Counted from the first letter of the stretch, positions 39,501 through 49,430 are shown. The stretch is DNA of 64,000 nucleotides from Sediminibacterium sp. (GCA_021300455.1 JAJTDP010000004.1:2438-66437); one strand, 5' to 3'. Translations and numbers: made by a program. The notes: generated by a model from the sequence alone, not told the origin.

Positions 39501-39531
39501 TACTAGCATTTAACCCCCAAAATAAAAGAAC

Positions 39532-39867
39532 ATGAATCAGTCATTACCACAACTCCAATTAGCGAATGGTACAAGTCCATTAAAAGTAGATTTATTACAC
39601 AGCAAAAAAGCCGCCATGATTTTGCGCGCTTTAAATCATAAGCTTCGTCAACAAATTGTAAAATTAATTGATGAACATAAAAAAGTAACTGTTACAGAAA
39701 TTTATGTAAAGTTAAGATTAGAACAATCTGTGGCTTCACAACATTTAGCTATTTTAAGAAGAGCTAGTATTGTAACTACTATTCGTGAAGGAAAATTTAT
39801 TTATTATGCTGTCGATTATAATCGTTTAGAGCAAGTCAATAAATTTGTAGAACAACTTGTTGGATAG
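39532..39867 (+). CDS. ArsR/SmtB family transcription regulator (cysteine-free)
   Basis: LRALNHKLRQQI, EQSVASQHLAILRR, REGKFIYY wHTH. Confidence 0.93.
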   Translation: MNQSLPQLQLANGTSPLKVDLLHSKKAAMILRALNHKLRQQIVKLIDEHKKVTVTEIYVKLRLEQSVASQHLAILRRASIVTTIREGKFIYYAVDYNRLEQVNKFVEQLVG

Positions 39868-39868
39868 T

Positions 39869-40540
39869 ATGCAAGTAGATTTAGCCCAATTTCTTACAAT
39901 CATTGAAGATGAATCGGTCATCATTATTGATGCAAGGCCCAGCACAGCATTAATGCTTGGCTATGTTCCTAATTCAATTCATATTACGCCGCTGACAGCA
40001 AAATATGCTATTGCCATGGACATCATTAGAAAAGATAGTCCCCTTGTTTTTATTTTAGATCAGTCCATTGCAGCTGAAACATTGGCTTATTTTACAAAGG
40101 CTGAATTCACAGGCATCAAAGGTTATTTAGAAGGTGGCTTTGCCACTTGGGCAGCTGATAAAAGGGTTGACTTAATTATTGATGTAGAAGTAGATGAACT
40201 AGCCATGGATATTCCTTTTGATGAATACTTAATGGTATTAGATTGTAGAACAGAAGCTGATTTTGATAAAAGTCATATAAAAAATTCTGTCTCTCTTCCC
40301 TTAGCCGATATGGGAGACCCTGGCTCTATGTCTGAATTAGACGAACATTTTAATATTTATATACTTACTGAAAATGGAGACAATAGCACATTGGCTGCCA
40401 GTCTTTTAAAAAAACAAGGCATACATAATATTAGAATAGTCTTAGGTGGCTGGGAAGCGGTGCAAAGTTTGAAAGAAAAATTTAGTTTCGAAGTCACTAA
40501 AGTAAAGCCTGTTAGTGATGAGGATATTTTACTGAACTAA
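39869..40540 (+). CDS. Tandem rhodanese-like domain protein lacking the active-site Cys (likely start 39869)
   Basis: IIDARP...GYVPNSI...YLEGGFATW; VLDCR...SHIKNSV...YILTENGDNS...LGGWEAV. Confidence 0.82.
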   Translation: MQVDLAQFLTIIEDESVIIIDARPSTALMLGYVPNSIHITPLTAKYAIAMDIIRKDSPLVFILDQSIAAETLAYFTKAEFTGIKGYLEGGFATWAADKRVDLIIDVEVDELAMDIPFDEYLMVLDCRTEADFDKSHIKNSVSLPLADMGDPGSMSELDEHFNIYILTENGDNSTLAASLLKKQGIHNIRIVLGGWEAVQSLKEKFSFEVTKVKPVSDEDILLN

Positions 40541-40558
40541 TTAAGATTATTACCTGAA

Positions 40559-41446
40559 CTAGTGCACCAGTAGTTTTTCATGCAGCTTCGCATCGTATTC
40601 ATATCTCCATCTTCGATGACTCCATAAATAATTAGCCGGTTTCGCTTTAATTTTCTCTTCTAATATTTTTACGAATAAAGCAGTCAACTGTCCGTCTTTA
40701 AAGTTATTTGGAGAAGTAGTCATGACCTCATATTCGGAATGATAATACCCTCTTTTCACACGGTAAAAATGTACAAATACCTGGGCGGTATTATTTAAGA
40801 TAGCGCCCTTTTCTGGCCCTTTTACAAAAGGCGTTAGTCTTCCAAAAAAAGGCAACCAAAAGGCAGATAAAGGATTACCTGGATTTTGATCTGCGGCTAA
40901 GGCCATGGCATAACTACCTTGATTAGCATATTTATGAAACTGTGATTTAAAATTAGTAGCAGGAATCATAATGCTTCCAAAACGCTTTCTTAATTTTAAA
41001 ATAATTTTATTAAAATAGGGATTACTCAATGGCATATAAACTGCAATAAAAGGGTAATTGCTATATTTACCCACTCCCCAGTTCGCAAATTCCCAATTAA
41101 AAAAATGCCCTGCCATAATTTGAACTGACTGACCTGTTGCATGTAGCTTATTTAATACTTCTACATTAGAGGTAAATCTTTTGTCAAAATTTTTATCAGA
41201 AATAGAAATAAGCTTAAAAGTTTCAATAAAAGAATCGGTGAACTGCTGATAAAATTCATTGGCAATTTTCTGTCTTTCTTTTTCCGTTTTTTGAGGAAAG
41301 GCAATGGCTAAATTTTGTTGTACAATAGCGACTCTATATTTGAAAACATGTTGTAATAACAATGCAATAATATCACTGATAAAATAAAGCAGCCTCCAAG
41401 GCAGCAGAGAGATTAAATAAACAAAAATATAAATAAGTAAATACAT
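40559..41446 (-). CDS. Lipid A late acyltransferase (LpxL/HtrB family)
   Basis: QQNLAIAFP, GHFFNWE, AADQNP, PFFGRLT, NYLWSHRRW. Confidence 0.92.
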   Translation of the reverse strand: MYLLIYIFVYLISLLPWRLLYFISDIIALLLQHVFKYRVAIVQQNLAIAFPQKTEKERQKIANEFYQQFTDSFIETFKLISISDKNFDKRFTSNVEVLNKLHATGQSVQIMAGHFFNWEFANWGVGKYSNYPFIAVYMPLSNPYFNKIILKLRKRFGSIMIPATNFKSQFHKYANQGSYAMALAADQNPGNPLSAFWLPFFGRLTPFVKGPEKGAILNNTAQVFVHFYRVKRGYYHSEYEVMTTSPNNFKDGQLTALFVKILEEKIKAKPANYLWSHRRWRYEYDAKLHEKLLVH

Positions 41447-43473
41447 TAGTCTAGGTCTATCCAGGCATTATGTTCTTTTAAAAGAAGTATAAGTTCATCT
41501 ACTGCCACAGCGCTATCTATATTACGCTTCATCACTTCTTTTCCTTTGTATAAAGTGATCTTACCCACTCCACTTCCTACATAACCAAAATCGGCATCAG
41601 CCATTTCACCAGGTCCATTGACAATACAACCCATGATGGCAATTTTTAAACCTTTTAAATGACTGGTCACTGCTCTAATTTTTGCAGTGGTTTCTTGCAA
41701 TTCAAATAAGGTTCTACCACAGCTTGGGCAGGAGATATATTCTGTTTTTGAAATTCTGGTGCGCGTGGCTTGTAAAATGCCAAAAGCAGTTGAATTTAAA
41801 AACTGCTCCACCGAATTATTGCTATAATAATTTCTTCCAGAAACTTGTGCATGCTCATTACTAGCTTCCTTTTCACTAGCTGTCGCTTCTACTTGCTTAC
41901 CTTTTATGCCAATGCAAATACCATCTCCAAAACCATCTAATAAAAGCGCACCCGTCTCAGTAGCAAAATGAATTAAATGCTCATCTGTAGTTTGCCAAGC
42001 ACTATCTGTTACTAATATAACAGGAGATTTAATTTTTAATTCCATCATGCGCATCATCATTCTTCTTACAGCTGGCATAGCATGTGAAAGTGTACTACTT
42101 AAACAAAATACCACAGTAGGATCCTTCGCAATGGATAGTAGTTGCTCGTCTCTAATACCATTTTTACTTCCATAACAATCTACTTCTACAAAGTTGATGC
42201 TATCGCTTTTTTTAGTTGCTTGGAAATAAGTTTTAAAATTAAATAAGGGTAAATATTTTTGAGTATCGCTTGCTATCTCCCAAAGAGCAGGACTTGTTAT
42301 CACGCGTAATGTACCAGGTAAATCAAAAGACAATAATTCAGTAGGACTGTAAATAAAATCGGCAGCCGCATCGGTAATGGTCCACTTGTCTATGGCTTCA
42401 TCGTATATATATCCAATTGCCATTAAGTCAGCGGGTAATAATGCAATTTTATTTTTATAATCGGCCACCACCACTGGCACCGATTTACTTCCAATAGTGC
42501 TTACCTGAATTGTTTCTCTTCTTTTATATTCAAAAGGGCTATGAGGTAATTGTTCAATAGGCGGAATCATATCAGCCCCTTTAATTCTATTGGCTGGATA
42601 TCTTTTTACCAAATCTTTACAAACAGGAATTTCTAATTCTGGATCCTCGGTTAAACTCACTCTAATAGTATCTCCAATACCATCTTCTAATAAAGTCCCA
42701 ATACCAATGGCACTTTTAATTCTACCATCTTCCCCATCTCCTGCTTCAGTCACACCTAAGTGCAAAGGATAGCATTCATTGAATTCAGCTTGCATTTGTT
42801 GAATAAGTAATCGATAGGCTTGCACCATTACTTGCGGATTACTTGACTTCATACTTAAAATAATCTGATGATAGTCCAAGCTTCTTGCAATACGCAAAAA
42901 TTCCATCGCACTTTCTACCATACCAATGGCAGTATCACCATACCTACTCATAATACGGTCGCTTAAAGAACCATGATTGGTTCCAATACGCATAGCCGTT
43001 CCATGTTCTTTACAAATAAGTACTAAGGGGGTGAACCTTTCTCGTATACGCTCAATTTCTTCTATGTATTCTTGATCCGTATATTCAATTTGTTCAAATT
43101 TTTTCTTGTCTACATAATTACCCGGATTCACTCTCACTTTTTCAATAATAGTAGCTGCAATTTCTGCAGCATTCGGAGTGAAATGAATATCGGCGACAAT
43201 AGGAGTGGTATATCCTTTTTCTTTTAGCGAAGCTTTAATGGCTGCTAAATTTTCTGCCTCTGTTTTACTAGGGGCTGTAATTCTTACTAATTCCGCGCCA
43301 GCTTCAATACAACGAATCACTTGTTCCACTGTTTTTTCAGTGTCCATGGTGTCGGTAGTAGTCATGGTTTGCACCCTGATAGGATGCCCTCCACCAATGA
43401 TGAGATTACCCACTTTTACTTCGCGTGTAATTAAACGATTATAAGACGTAATAGAATTGCAATACTGTTCCAT
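41446..43473 (-). CDS. ispG: HMBPP synthase, long form with inserted domain
   Basis: RVQTMTTT, ADIHF, RIGTNHGSL, LHLGVTEAG, ISCPSCGRT, IMGCIVNGPGE. Confidence 0.97.
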   Translation of the reverse strand: MEQYCNSITSYNRLITREVKVGNLIIGGGHPIRVQTMTTTDTMDTEKTVEQVIRCIEAGAELVRITAPSKTEAENLAAIKASLKEKGYTTPIVADIHFTPNAAEIAATIIEKVRVNPGNYVDKKKFEQIEYTDQEYIEEIERIRERFTPLVLICKEHGTAMRIGTNHGSLSDRIMSRYGDTAIGMVESAMEFLRIARSLDYHQIILSMKSSNPQVMVQAYRLLIQQMQAEFNECYPLHLGVTEAGDGEDGRIKSAIGIGTLLEDGIGDTIRVSLTEDPELEIPVCKDLVKRYPANRIKGADMIPPIEQLPHSPFEYKRRETIQVSTIGSKSVPVVVADYKNKIALLPADLMAIGYIYDEAIDKWTITDAAADFIYSPTELLSFDLPGTLRVITSPALWEIASDTQKYLPLFNFKTYFQATKKSDSINFVEVDCYGSKNGIRDEQLLSIAKDPTVVFCLSSTLSHAMPAVRRMMMRMMELKIKSPVILVTDSAWQTTDEHLIHFATETGALLLDGFGDGICIGIKGKQVEATASEKEASNEHAQVSGRNYYSNNSVEQFLNSTAFGILQATRTRISKTEYISCPSCGRTLFELQETTAKIRAVTSHLKGLKIAIMGCIVNGPGEMADADFGYVGSGVGKITLYKGKEVMKRNIDSAVAVDELILLLKEHNAWIDLD

Positions 43474-43522
43474 AATTAACTACCGTAAAGATAATTATTT
43501 AATTGAAGTAATACCTAAAATA

Positions 43523-44254
43523 TTAACGAAGCCCTTGCAGGAAGCCCTGCTGTAATAGTATTTTCTTTAAAAGGGCAACTGAATTGTTAGTGGCTGCTGC
43601 TGTTTTACTAGTGGTATGTAAAACAAAGAAGTAAATATGTGTGTTTTCTTCTTCATAGCCTATCACCCAAGTATTATTCGTAGTGGAGTCGGCAGCAGTG
43701 AGATAAGATAATTTATAGTTGCTATTCTCTTCTTTCAAGATCATCTTTTTGAAAACTTCTTGAGAACGTTTTTGAAAAGGCAATTCTTTGAAAAAGACTC
43801 TTTTGATTAAACCCAATTGTTCATCTGCAGTAATGGTAAGTGACCCATCTTTCCAAAATTCATTCATATTGGCACTTACTACACCCTTGCCATAACGAAT
43901 AGAATCAATTGTTTTTATAATGGTTTGTCTTCCAATTTGCGTAATAATGTTTTGATAATAAGGTGTAGAATCCATCGACGCCCAAGAGGCTTGGTTATGA
44001 TTGATAATACCTTTATCTAATGCGATTAAACTAGGTAGAATGAAAAAACTACTTAAAGGAGAAGAAGCGCTGTCTTTATAGTGAGACAAATTCGCAATGG
44101 TAAATTTACCCGATCCATTCTCTAATAAAGCAAAGCTACCCACCACCCCTGCGCTATCCAATATTTTTACAATAGAGGAATCAATGGTTACATTGTTCGG
44201 AGAACAAGCAAACAAGCTAGCAGACAATAAAACTGCAAAAATATATTTTTTCAT
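43523..44254 (-). CDS. Class D beta-lactamase-like lipoprotein with degenerate catalytic motifs (pseudoenzyme; likely start MKKYIF at 44254)
   Basis: Lipobox LFAC; PLSSFF in place of PASTFK, DSTPYYQ in place of SxVPYYQ, SYLTA in place of SYKTG. Scaffold motifs FW.DGSL.IT.DEQL, LPF and YFFVL are retained. Confidence 0.78.
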   Translation of the reverse strand: MKKYIFAVLLSASLFACSPNNVTIDSSIVKILDSAGVVGSFALLENGSGKFTIANLSHYKDSASSPLSSFFILPSLIALDKGIINHNQASWASMDSTPYYQNIITQIGRQTIIKTIDSIRYGKGVVSANMNEFWKDGSLTITADEQLGLIKRVFFKELPFQKRSQEVFKKMILKEENSNYKLSYLTAADSTTNNTWVIGYEEENTHIYFFVLHTTSKTAAATNNSVALLKKILLQQGFLQGLR

Positions 44255-44342
44255 AGTAGACTTATTAATCTTAATTATAAATAGGGACTTAACAAGTAGA
44301 TGATTTACTATTAAGCCCCTATTGTCAAAATATTGCAAAAAA

Positions 44343-45137
44343 TTATTCTATACCTAATAATTCTACTTCAAATATTAAAGTAGAGCCTGGTCCAATCATA
44401 GCACCTGCTTGACGATCACCATAGCCTAATTCAGCAGGGATGTATAATCTCCACTTACTTCCGATAGACATTAAAGGTAAAGACTCTTGCCATCCTTTAA
44501 TCACGCCATTTAATGGGAAGGTAATGGGCTCACCTCTTTGAACAGAACTATCAAAGATAGATCCATCAATTAAAGTGCCATGGTAATGACATCTTACTTT
44601 GTCTTTGATAGTAGGCTTAGTGGTGTCCTTACCTGCTATTAAAATTTCGTACTGAATACCGTTAGGTAAACTAACGACACCTGGTTTTTTAGCATTATTT
44701 ACTAAAAATTCTTTTCCTGCTAATTTGTTAGCGGCTGTTTTTTCTGCACTCATTGTTTCTTGATATGATTTAATACAATAATCTAATACACTATCGATGA
44801 TGATAGACTTTCCTTCAAAGCCGGCCAATAATCCTTTATTGAAAACGGCTAAATTTATTTTTTGTAAGCCTTGTCCATTTAAGCTCTGTGCAATTCTATA
44901 TCCTAATGCATAAGAAGCGCTGTCTTTAACATTTTTAATAACTAAAGGAGGTGTTACGCTCATGGTTAATTTTGCATTGCCCACTTTCAATGGCTTAACT
45001 GGTAGTGCTTTAACGCTTGTTGCCGGTTTCGCAGTAGTTACCGCTTTTGCTGCAGGACTAGCTGGCTTTGGATTGGTTTGCGCTTCTGCTAATTGCAATG
45101 TTGCAACGGCCATTAATACTAAAATTTGTTTTTTCAT
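44343..45137 (-). CDS. FKBP-type peptidyl-prolyl isomerase (FklB/FkpA-like) with Ala/Pro/Lys-rich N-terminus
   Basis: SYALG, VRCHYHGTLIDGSIFDSS, VIKGWQE, IPAELGYG, LIFEVELL. Confidence 0.95.
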   Translation of the reverse strand: MKKQILVLMAVATLQLAEAQTNPKPASPAAKAVTTAKPATSVKALPVKPLKVGNAKLTMSVTPPLVIKNVKDSASYALGYRIAQSLNGQGLQKINLAVFNKGLLAGFEGKSIIIDSVLDYCIKSYQETMSAEKTAANKLAGKEFLVNNAKKPGVVSLPNGIQYEILIAGKDTTKPTIKDKVRCHYHGTLIDGSIFDSSVQRGEPITFPLNGVIKGWQESLPLMSIGSKWRLYIPAELGYGDRQAGAMIGPGSTLIFEVELLGIE

Positions 45138-45242
45138 TATTCTCAATATACTTTTTTTAGAAGATAGATGCGGGAGCAAAAATACAATATGTATTTAATA
45201 ATTCGGTAATTTTGTGTTAAAATACAAATAAATTAAAATCTT

Positions 45243-45557
45243 ATGAAACTACTAATAACCACTAGCTTATTGATGGCATCTCTAGTTCTTTTATCATGTG
45301 GTGCCAACAATGATAAAACCAATACAGCTAGTGCAGATACCGCACAAATAGCCATTATGGATACAACTGCAGAAAAAACGTATGCAGTAAGTTTAGTGAA
45401 TAATAAAAAAGATCCTACTTGTGGCATGCCAGTAACTGCAGGTATTAGCGATACAGCACATTATGAAAAAAATATTTTAGGATTTTGTTCTGTAGAGTGT
45501 AAGAATGAATTTTTGAAAAATCCAAAAGCAAATTTAGCAGCAGCAGAAATTAAATAA
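45243..45557 (+). CDS. YHS-domain lipoprotein
   Basis: Lipobox LLSC; KDPTCGM...GFCSVECKNEFLKNP. Confidence 0.85.
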   Translation: MKLLITTSLLMASLVLLSCGANNDKTNTASADTAQIAIMDTTAEKTYAVSLVNNKKDPTCGMPVTAGISDTAHYEKNILGFCSVECKNEFLKNPKANLAAAEIK

Positions 45558-45560
45558 ACG

Positions 45561-48500
45561 TTAGCTGAATAAATAAGCAATATCATCCTTGGTTAAGGAT
45601 TTTACAAATCCTACTTCATCGGATATTAATTCTTTAGCCAAGGATCTTTTTCTCTCTTGTAATTTTAATATTTTATCCTCTACCGTATCATTACAAATCA
45701 TACGATACGCAAATATATTTTTGGTTTGTCCAATACGATGCGTTCTATCAATGGCTTGTTGTTCCACTGCAGGGTTCCACCAAGGATCTACTATATATAC
45801 ATAATCGGCAGCTGTTAAGTTTAAACCCACACCACCCGCTTTTAAAGAAATTAAGAACACTCTGCAATTATCATCGTTTTGGAAGCGCTCAATAGCGCGT
45901 TCTCTTTCTTGAATGGTACTACTACCATCAAAATACTCATGATCAATACCTAATTTTTTCAACTGTTCTTTAATTAAAGCAAGCATGCCTAAAAATTGCG
46001 AGAACACCAAGGCTTTGTGACCACCAATGTTTTCAGCTATTTCACGGGTTAACTCTTCTAATTTTACCGATTCATTTGGATAGGCTTCCTCTTTTAAAAT
46101 AGCCGGGCTATCACAAATTTGTCTCAACTTCATTAGCCCTTGTAAAATAGAAAGCTGTGATTTTTGAATACCCTTTTCTTCTACCATACCAATGAGTTTA
46201 TCACGGTAGTCGTTTCTATAAGCCTCGTAAATTTTTCTTTGTGCATCCCCCATTTCACAATACAATACCATTTCTTGCTTTTCTGGTAAGTCCTTGGCTA
46301 CTTGTTCCTTGGTTCTTCTTAATATAAAAGGGAATACAAATTTTCTTAAATGTTCTTTTTGTTCTTGCTCATCAAACTTATCAATAGGCATAGAGAAATT
46401 ATGCTTGAAGTATTCCACTGTACCCAACATACCTGGGTTCAAGAAATTCATCTGCGCATAAATATCAAAAGTATTATTTTGTAATGGCGTACCACTTAAA
46501 CATAATTTATTAGTGGCTTTTAATAAACAAGCTGCCTTGGTCACTTTGGAAGCCGGGTTTTTAATGGCCTGGCTTTCATCTAAGATCACATAATCAAAGT
46601 TCACTTCCACAAACATTTTAATATCACTTCTTAAAGTACCATAAGTGGTAATGATAACTTCAATTTTATCGTCATGAAATAAGGCTTTCTTTCTAGTGCC
46701 TCCATGATGTATATGATAAGTTAAAGAAGGGGTGAATTTTTTTAATTCATTCTGCCAGTTAAAAAGTAGCGTAGTTGGGCAAACCACCAAGGCTACTAAT
46801 TTGCCATTTTTTTCTTTTAAATGCTGTAGGAAAGACAAGGTTTGAATGGTTTTACCCAATCCCATATCATCGGCTAAAATTCCACCCCACTGTACATCGT
46901 GTAAATAATTCAACCACTGAAAACCACTAATTTGATAAGGCCTTAAAATAGGCATTAAATGGTCAGGTGGTGTAACGTCTGCAATGGCATAGCGTTCTCT
47001 AATTTTTTCATACTTCCCTTCTAATTGGAAAATAAGTTCTTCCTCGTCTCTTTGTTGGTAGAGTTCATCTAAAATAGAAAAATGATACTTGCTTAGTTTA
47101 AGTGTATCGGCCTTGCCCTCTCCTACTTTAAATAATAAAGAATATTTATTCAACCATTTTTCTGGAAGCACGCCTAAACTTCCATCTTTCAGTGGAACAA
47201 ATTGTTGTTTATTAGACAACATAGTTTTGATATCTTGAATAGATACTTTTTGTTCGCCGAAAGAAATTTCCACTTTCGCATCAAACCAATCGGTATTGCT
47301 ACTTATATATAAACGCGTAGAAGGCTTAGCTGTATTATACTTAAATTGTTTTAAGTATTCTGTTCCAAATAAAGGAATTTGTTTATCTCTTAAGGTATCA
47401 ATAAATAAGAAAAACCAATTGTTCTTTAATACCTCAGCGCCTTTTAAAGCAAGCACATTGCCTTCATTCGGACGAATAAAGCCAGAATGTAATTGCTCAA
47501 TGATATTCATTAATTGTCTTTCTGCTGCAAGGTCTCTTTCTAGTATGACAATTTTATCGCCTACTTGTTGAATCACAGAAGGACCATCTTCCTTAGTAAC
47601 AACAATATCTTTATAAGCAAATAAGGGTTCAAAGAATAAGTAGTCTCCGTTTTCTTTTAATAAAATTTGTAATTGAGGCTTCACCCCTTTTAATTTCTCC
47701 TGTGTAACATTATCTAATGAAACCTGATACTGCTTTGACAACGGCAATAAGGTGCTTTGCAAGTAATCGGGCCACTTGTCTAAATTAATTTCATGAAAGC
47801 CCGCTGGCATAAACTTTTCTACCCATAATAAATCATCTCTTTGCTTCCACACAAAAAACTGATGATGGTATTGGAATATATAATTAGACTTCGCGTGATT
47901 ATCTTCTAGTGGAATTTTGCCTTCTGGTAAACTTACATGTGCATATACAATGTATCTATCCTCTTCCTTTTCTACTCTAAAACTAGGCTGGATGGTGTTA
48001 AATACTAATTCCGCCTTCTGCATATTGGCCGTAGTAAAGGGTTTGTTATGCGGTAAATAAAAACTAAAAGGATGTTCTGATAAATCTCTCCAAACTTTTT
48101 CAATTTTAGGATGCAAGTATTCTTGCATTAATTCCTTGGTCTCATCAGGTAAGCTTTCTTCATCGGTATGCACAATATTATCCCATAAGCCTTGGAAAGG
48201 AGAATTTTTATTCAAGAACTTAGAAAGTTCTGCAGGTTGTAATTTTTTTACAAGTTGCAATAAAATTTTATCTTCTTCCTTAATTAAATTAGGGGTGATG
48301 AATTTAACAAGGTCAATTTTTTCTACTTTGCCTAAAAAAGAAGTGCCTTCTTCATTCACTTCCCCTTTGACTACATTGAAGGAAATATAAGGATAAATAG
48401 TAGGCTGGTGTTGCATCACAATACCAAAACGTTCTTTAATCACCGCCTCTTCATTAGAAGCTGGCTCCTGCTCTTCAATATCCCAATCGTTCGAGCTAGG

Positions 48501-49322
48501 CCTTTTGAGGGTAAGAGATTTGGTGCCGTTCACCTTTTGAATTTTTTCGTCTAATACTTTCAAAAATGGTTTGCCATCGTGATATATAAATTCAAACTTA
48601 TCTTCAATATAATCATCTAAAGTAAAGCCGTATAAAGCGAGTAATTTATTTTTCTCTCTATCCCAGTTACGAATGGTTTCAAAATAGTCTGCTCCCTTTA
48701 ATAAAAATAATTGTAGCAGTAACATGGTTTTATGCACGCAGAGCGGATATTCCGTCTCAGACAAACAATCGCAAGAGGTATCAAAAAAACGTTCTTCATT
48801 TTTTTGTATAATGACATGATAAGTTTTTCCTTTTTCATCAATTTCTGCAACTACCTTTTCATTTTCACTTTCGATAATATGAGGTCTCACCGATTTCAAA
48901 GTTTGTTCTGCTTTTTCGAATATAGCTTTTGAACAAAGCATTCGAATCATTTTTAAATCTAAGGTCTTTGTTCTTAATTGAGTATGCGTGGTCTTATAAG
49001 AAGCTGGCTTGTAGTCCAGTAAATTTTTATCCAATAAGTCTTGGATATAAAAAAGAGCAGCTGCTTTATGCCTACATACTTCTGATAAATTATAAGGACA
49101 GCCACAACGCAATGACAAAGTAGCGGCGCTTTTAAAATTTTCAATAGTGACTTTATAATAAGTACTGTAGCCATCATCTTTGACGCGGCAATGAATACTT
49201 CCAATTAAAGGATCAAATTTTGCTAATTCAATATTTTTGAGCGCAAAAATTTTCTTGCCTCTACGTATCACTTCTTCAGTGCCGTAGCTATAAATGTGTT
49301 TTACTAAATAGGGTAATGCCAT
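45561..49322 (-). CDS. SWI2/SNF2 ATPase with two N-terminal SWIM zinc fingers
   Basis: CGCPYNLSEVCRH and CDCLSETEYPLCVH; LRPYQ, ILADDMGLGKT, LDESQAIKN, LSGTPLQN, SLKAGGVGLNL, QAIDRTHRIGQ. Confidence 0.95.
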   Translation of the reverse strand: MALPYLVKHIYSYGTEEVIRRGKKIFALKNIELAKFDPLIGSIHCRVKDDGYSTYYKVTIENFKSAATLSLRCGCPYNLSEVCRHKAAALFYIQDLLDKNLLDYKPASYKTTHTQLRTKTLDLKMIRMLCSKAIFEKAEQTLKSVRPHIIESENEKVVAEIDEKGKTYHVIIQKNEERFFDTSCDCLSETEYPLCVHKTMLLLQLFLLKGADYFETIRNWDREKNKLLALYGFTLDDYIEDKFEFIYHDGKPFLKVLDEKIQKVNGTKSLTLKRPSSNDWDIEEQEPASNEEAVIKERFGIVMQHQPTIYPYISFNVVKGEVNEEGTSFLGKVEKIDLVKFITPNLIKEEDKILLQLVKKLQPAELSKFLNKNSPFQGLWDNIVHTDEESLPDETKELMQEYLHPKIEKVWRDLSEHPFSFYLPHNKPFTTANMQKAELVFNTIQPSFRVEKEEDRYIVYAHVSLPEGKIPLEDNHAKSNYIFQYHHQFFVWKQRDDLLWVEKFMPAGFHEINLDKWPDYLQSTLLPLSKQYQVSLDNVTQEKLKGVKPQLQILLKENGDYLFFEPLFAYKDIVVTKEDGPSVIQQVGDKIVILERDLAAERQLMNIIEQLHSGFIRPNEGNVLALKGAEVLKNNWFFLFIDTLRDKQIPLFGTEYLKQFKYNTAKPSTRLYISSNTDWFDAKVEISFGEQKVSIQDIKTMLSNKQQFVPLKDGSLGVLPEKWLNKYSLLFKVGEGKADTLKLSKYHFSILDELYQQRDEEELIFQLEGKYEKIRERYAIADVTPPDHLMPILRPYQISGFQWLNYLHDVQWGGILADDMGLGKTIQTLSFLQHLKEKNGKLVALVVCPTTLLFNWQNELKKFTPSLTYHIHHGGTRKKALFHDDKIEVIITTYGTLRSDIKMFVEVNFDYVILDESQAIKNPASKVTKAACLLKATNKLCLSGTPLQNNTFDIYAQMNFLNPGMLGTVEYFKHNFSMPIDKFDEQEQKEHLRKFVFPFILRRTKEQVAKDLPEKQEMVLYCEMGDAQRKIYEAYRNDYRDKLIGMVEEKGIQKSQLSILQGLMKLRQICDSPAILKEEAYPNESVKLEELTREIAENIGGHKALVFSQFLGMLALIKEQLKKLGIDHEYFDGSSTIQERERAIERFQNDDNCRVFLISLKAGGVGLNLTAADYVYIVDPWWNPAVEQQAIDRTHRIGQTKNIFAYRMICNDTVEDKILKLQERKRSLAKELISDEVGFVKSLTKDDIAYLFS

Positions 49323-49330
49323 AATGGTAC

Positions 49331-49351
49331 AAAAAGCCCTTAAAAAAGGGC
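49331..49351 (-). terminator. Terminator-like hairpin between comB and the SNF2 gene
   Basis: Minus strand GCCCTT-TTTT-AAGGGC followed by TTTTT. Confidence 0.5.
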
Positions 49352-49430
49352 AATTTGCAAATGTAAGGCTTTGCTAGCTAATATGGAAGTCTTATTATGA
49401 TGAGTGGGGGAAATAGGGAAAATGGGGCAA

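Noticed and set aside
41446-43473. Unusually long IspG
   Set aside because: The three-domain IspG with an inserted domain is an established form in Bacteroidota, Chlamydia and plants.
43523-44338. Functional OXA antibiotic-resistance gene
   Set aside because: Catalytic Lys, SxV and KTG are all substituted, so it should not be reported as an ARG.
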